The position numbers and the translations under genes are program-made. Positions 60,574-64,000 of a stretch of DNA of 64,000 nucleotides are shown here, one piece after another. The stretch comes from Centroscyllium fabricii (Eukaryota), in assembly GCA_051313645.2 (NCBI GenBank), contig JBNRSN020000020.1, positions 69,502,001 through 69,566,000 of the forward strand. The letters run 5' to 3'. The first letter of the stretch is position 1. Each line of letters begins with the position of its first letter. The notes beneath the pieces are model-generated. The model had not been told where the DNA came from. It worked only from the letters and a program-made list of their open reading frames with translations, and ran no database searches.

Positions 60574-63500
60574 TGTGGTAAACCACTCTTTCATGTATAT
60601 ATATCCACTCTTTTATGTATATATATGTATCGTTGTAATCGTACTATTCACCATGTTGTATTATAGTTCACTGTGTACGATTACCTGGACATGCCCATGC
60701 TGGCCCCGCCTGTGACTCCTCCCTCCCGGGACCAGGTACATAAGCGGCCGTCTGCCTTCCCCCTGCCATTCCTGGGGATGGTCGACTAGCTGGTGCATGT
60801 CCACCTTTAGTGAATAAAAGCCTAATTGTTTCATCCTCTTAACTACTCGTCCACGAGGTCGTTATTTCGGTCACAATTTTATTCACTAAATTTGACGATG
60901 GAAGCAATGCTCAAGCCAGCAACGTTCGAGCTGGACCCCCGGACACCAGGCGCATCAAATACCTTCTCGCACTGGTTTGACTGCTTTGATGCGTTCATCA
61001 AGGCGAACGCAGCGGTCGTCAGGACCGAAGAAGACAAACGGCGTCTCCTTAATGCCCGGGTGGGCCCTTAGGTATACTCCATGATCGTTGACGCATCATC
61101 GTACTTGGATGCAATCCGGATCCTCAAAGCGGAGTACAACCGGGCACCCAACATCGTCCACGCCAGACACCTCTTGGCTACCAGAAAACAGCAACCCGGT
61201 GAGTCCAGCGTGGAATTCCTACGCGCGCTGAGACTACTCTCCCGGGCCTGTGACTGCAAACAGCAATCGTCCCAGGTCCACGCGGACAACCTGATCAGGG
61301 ACGCGTATGTGACGGGCCTCAGGTCGGACTATATTAGACAAAGGCTGTTAGAGCAGAACGGCCTTGACCTGCAGGCAACAGCGGACCTGGGCAACGCGCT
61401 GGATGTGGCATCGTTGAATTTATCATCATACTCTGGAAACTACGCGGGCCCAGCCCCGACAAATTGGACATCGCCGGCGCCGCGGCCGGCGGAAGAAATG
61501 ACTGCGGCCGCTCGCTCTAAGACGGCCAAATGGTACTTCTGCGGGCAGTCTCAGCATCCGAGACAGAGCTGCCCGGCAAGAGACGCGGCCTGCTCGAAAT
61601 GTGGCAAAAAGGGACACTATGCCAAAGTCTGCAGAGCAACTGCAGCGCCGCAACTGAAACCGGGCAGTGCCGCGTGTGAGACGTGGGGGCAGCCATCTTG
61701 GACAAAGCCATCTTCAACATGGCCCACCGCGTGGCAGCAGACGCCATCTTGGTCTCAGCCACCCCCTCCGCAGTACACCACATGGCGGCAGCCATCTTGG
61801 GACCAGGCCCCAGACGACTTCTCTACGGATCAAGACGACTCGACCGATCCGATATTAGCTTCAGTCACCTTGGACCAGAACAAGGCTCAACCACTCGGAA
61901 AGTCAATGATGACGGTGGAAGTGAACGGACAAGACGTCGAGTGCCTCTTCGACAGCGGGAGCACGGTGAGTTTTGTCCACCCAGAAACAGTAAGGCGCCT
62001 CTCCCTTAAGGTTATGCCGGTGAGCCAAAAGATCTCCATGGCATCAAAGTCAGAATCCGCGGACGTCTCCGGACGTTGCGCGGTGGCTCTAACAGTACGG
62101 GGCGTGCACTTTAATAATTTTAAATTTTTTGTGCTGCCGCAGCTCTGCCCTCCATTATTATTGGGCCTAGACTTCCAGTGCCACCTCCAAAGCATTACCA
62201 TGGCGTACGGTGGGCCCCTTCCCCCGCTCACGGTCTGCAACCGGCGCTCCTCACAGCACCCGCAGCGCGCTACCTGTGGCCTCTCGACCCTTAAGGTCGC
62301 CCCTCCCTCGCTCTTTGCTAACCTCACCCCGGACTGCAAGCCCGTCGCCACCAAAAGTAGGCGCTACAGTGCCGGGGACATGGACTTCATTAAGTCCGAG
62401 GTGAAGCGCTTCCTGAGGGAGGGGGTCATCGAGGCCAGTAACAGCCCCTGGAGGGCGCAGGTAGTGGTGGTGAAGACCGGAGCTAAGAACCGGATGGTAG
62501 TGGACTATAGCCAGACCATTAACTGGTTCACCCAGTTAGACACGTACCCCCTCCCCCGGATAGCGGACATGGTAAATCAGATCGCGCAGTTTCGGGTCTT
62601 CTCAACTATAGATCTGAAGTCCGCGTATCACCAGCTCCCCATCCGCCCAGAGGACCATCTCTATACTGCCTTCGAGGCTGACGGTCGCCTCTATCACTTC
62701 CTCAGGGTTCCGTTTGGCGTCACGAATGGGGTCTCGGTCTTCCAAAGGGAGATGGACCGAATGGTCGATCAGTACGGGCTGCGAGCCACTTTCCCGTATC
62801 TCAATAACGTGACCTTCTGTGGCCACGACCAGCAGAACCATGACGCCAACCTCCAGAAATTTCTCCACACCGCCAAAACACTCAACCTGACCTATAACAC
62901 AGAAAAATGTGTGTTCAGGACCACCCGCCTCGCCATCCTCGGCAGTGTTGTGGAGAATGGGGTCATCGGTCCCGACCCGGACCGCATGCGCCCCTTCCTG
63001 GAGCTCCCCTTCCCCCACTCCCTCAAGGCCCTCAAAAGGTGCCTGGGGTTCTTCGCCTATTATGCCAAGTGGGTCCCCAACTATGCGGACAAAGCTCGCC
63101 CACTACTTAAATCAACCTCATTCCCCCTGTCAGCAGATGCCCGCGCGGCGTTCTGCGGCATTAAGGACGACATTGCGAAGGCAACGATGCACGCTGTGGA
63201 CGAGCCCGTCCCGTTCCAGGTCGAGAGCGATGCATCGGACTTTGCCCTGGCCGCCACCCTTAACCAGGCGGGCAGACACGTGGCCTTCTTCTCACGTACC
63301 CTCCAGGGCCCCGAAACCCGTCACTCTTCCATTGAGAAGGAGGCCCAGGCCATTGTTGAAGCAGTGCGTCACTGGAAGCACTACCTGGCTGGCAAACGAT
63401 TTACCCTGCTGACTGACCAACGCTCAGTCGCTTTTATGTTCAACAACAAAGAGCGGGGTAAAATCAAGAACGACAAGATATTAAGGTGGAGAATTGAGCT

Positions 63501-64000
63501 CTCCGCTTTCAATTATGATACCTTGTACCAGCCCGGGAAATTCAACGAAGCCCCAGACGCTCTATCACGCGGTACATTGCACTATCTCGGACCGTCAAAA
63601 CTGCCCAACGAATTACCGGTACACAGCTGCCGTCAATGGAAAGCATCTACCTCAAACGCTGCTTACGGAGGTCTCTGAACATTATTAAAGACCCCACACA
63701 CCCCAGCCACAGTCTGTTCGCCCCCCTGCCCTCCGGGAGACCCTACAGAGCAATTTGCACCCGCACGACTAGATTTCAGAACAGCTTCTTCCCCAGGGCT
63801 GTCAGCCTCCTGAACTCTAAAAAGAAACTCAGGTACCTGCACGCCTGATAATGTACTTTACTGTATGCAATTTGCATGTAATTTATTTGCACTACTCTCG
63901 GGAGAGTCGAGTCTTCGTCTCGTTGTATTGTACTAGTACTCTGCAATGACAATAAAACTTGAATTGAATTGAATTGAATGTGCCAGCGCACAAGTAGACC
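60574..64000 (+). mobile_element. Ty3/Gypsy family A copy 3, runs off the window end
   Basis: 5' LTR 60574-60875, gag ATG 60898, stop at 61071, ORF to RNaseH; Gypsy sequence resumes at 63979. Confidence 0.95.
63577..63978 (+). mobile_element. Rex1/Babar LINE 3' fragment inserted at the RNaseH-IN junction of A3
   Basis: Near-identical to 56659-57083; GGTACA|TGTGCC target rejoins. Confidence 0.9.

Noticed and set aside
63494-63848. Gypsy-LINE fusion protein
   Set aside because: Simple Rex1 insertion; the Gypsy ORF stops at 63678 out of frame with Rex1 and the copy already has a gag stop

Overview
Eukaryotic DNA, almost certainly from a cartilaginous fish (shark-type HE1/V-SINEs, HER1/CR1 LINEs, a Deu-SINE). 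The only host coding sequence I can support is two + strand copine exons (CPNE5-like, C2B domain; 38635-38738 and 54736-54840); the rest is TE-packed intron. It holds six compact Ty3/Gypsy LTR retrotransposons of four related families (A x3, B, C, D; the five complete copies have 5-bp TSDs), one of them (C) apparently intact and nested in another. It also holds a gag-only LTR element, a palindromic LTR-LTR element, two solo LTRs, a Penelope-like inverted repeat with hammerhead motifs, Rex1, Vingi, CR1 and L2 fragments, and Tigger-, hAT- and Harbinger-type MITEs. Main hunt result: none of the four pol-encoding Gypsy families has a tRNA primer-binding site. Instead, the 13-15 nt just after the 5' LTR are the exact reverse complement of each element's own poly(A)-signal region, with compensatory changes between families. 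All four families also carry YLDN instead of YxDD in RT and can fold a hairpin over the PPT. This suggests a tRNA-independent (self-priming and/or poly(A)-occluding) retrotransposition system. All analysis was by eye; family names are pattern recognition, not database hits.
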